Of a stretch of DNA of 64,000 nucleotides, positions 63,184 through 64,000 are shown piece by piece. Each line of letters starts with the position of its first letter. Position 1 is the first letter of the stretch. Position numbers and translations under genes: made by a program. The DNA comes from Bugula neritina. Its lineage: Eukaryota > Animalia > Bryozoa. Location of the stretch: assembly GCA_964035545.1 (NCBI GenBank), contig OZ037765.1:28767504-28831503 (forward strand). Reading direction: 5' to 3'. The notes beneath the pieces are model-generated. The model was not told where the DNA came from. It saw only the letters and a program-made list of their open reading frames with translations, and made no database searches.

Positions 63184-64000
63184 AGCCTTCAACTTTTTCT
63201 TATGTAAATATATACATTATAGCTTGAAATTACTTTTCTACAGTCTCATGTCTGAGAAGCTCTGAACTAAATAAACTGTCTTTATTTGGCTGTTCATTGT
63301 TTTTCAAAATGCCAACTAAAATTGATCCCGGTTGAAAAGTGTCTTCACATCCACATACAGAATTTGTATCAACTCCACTAAATTTTTTTAAAACTCTACA
63401 CAAGCCCATTAGTGTTTGTTGAAAAAAAGATTTTTTTTTCAACCAATTAGGCTGCTTTCTGCGCAGTCAAGTTGAAGGTGTAGGCTGTACCAGTCAAATC
63501 TGTGTGTGAATAAGCTAGTTACGTAGAGGTTGTAAGCACCCAGTTAACTACCTTTATTTACCATTTCTTACTATCTATTTTATTTTATTATATAATCTTA
63601 TTTTATGTATATATTGTACATAGTATGTTCTATACTCAACAAATTATAGGACTTTTATATTTCGGATTATGATGGCTTCTTCCTTCTTTCTGTGGTCATT
63701 TTAAAACATTCAAAATTAAGCAAACTGCTTTAAAGAATAAGTTTTTAATGGTCATGAATTCAGACGTATCATTGTCTTAATGTGTTGGGTATAATTAGTG
63801 ATCTCAGGTATTGATGAAGATCGCATGAGTTGCAGTTGGTGAGATTCTCATTAACTGCACCTTGTATTGGTAGCCTCTATGAGGCGCTTTGCCCAGCTAA
63901 CTTTTACTAGCTAACCCTAGTTTTTAACCTGCTATTGTCACTTAATTTATGAACGATAATAAAAGTTATTGAAGTTGACAGATCTGCAAAAAAGATTTTA

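Overview
Gene-dense, AT-rich, intron-rich animal (invertebrate-type) genomic DNA; the taxon cannot be determined from the sequence alone. Exons were assembled by eye. In order: the 3' end of an unrecognised gene (+), a ~603-bp near-perfect inverted repeat, ATP6V1C (+), DNAAF1 (-), DNAJC5/cysteine string protein (+), a ZC3H4/ZC3H6/Su(s)-type CCCH protein (-), SPT5 (+), SHOC2 (-), nurim (+) and a divergent ETS-domain gene (+). Nurim intron 3 carries a very young 4.4-kb LTR retrotransposon of the Gmr1 type. It has an intact gag-protease-integrase ORF, but RT and almost all of RNase H are deleted, and its target-site duplication is the host splice donor. Its LTR is rich in kB-, C/EBP-, HSE- and Forkhead-like motifs. 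The second major signal is a 6-bp-periodic (TNA-NNN)n lattice near the 5' end of all seven housekeeping genes. Smaller features are a PIF/Harbinger-type MITE, a tRNA-derived element, an AP-1-site minisatellite and several hairpins. No CRISPR array or rRNA was seen.
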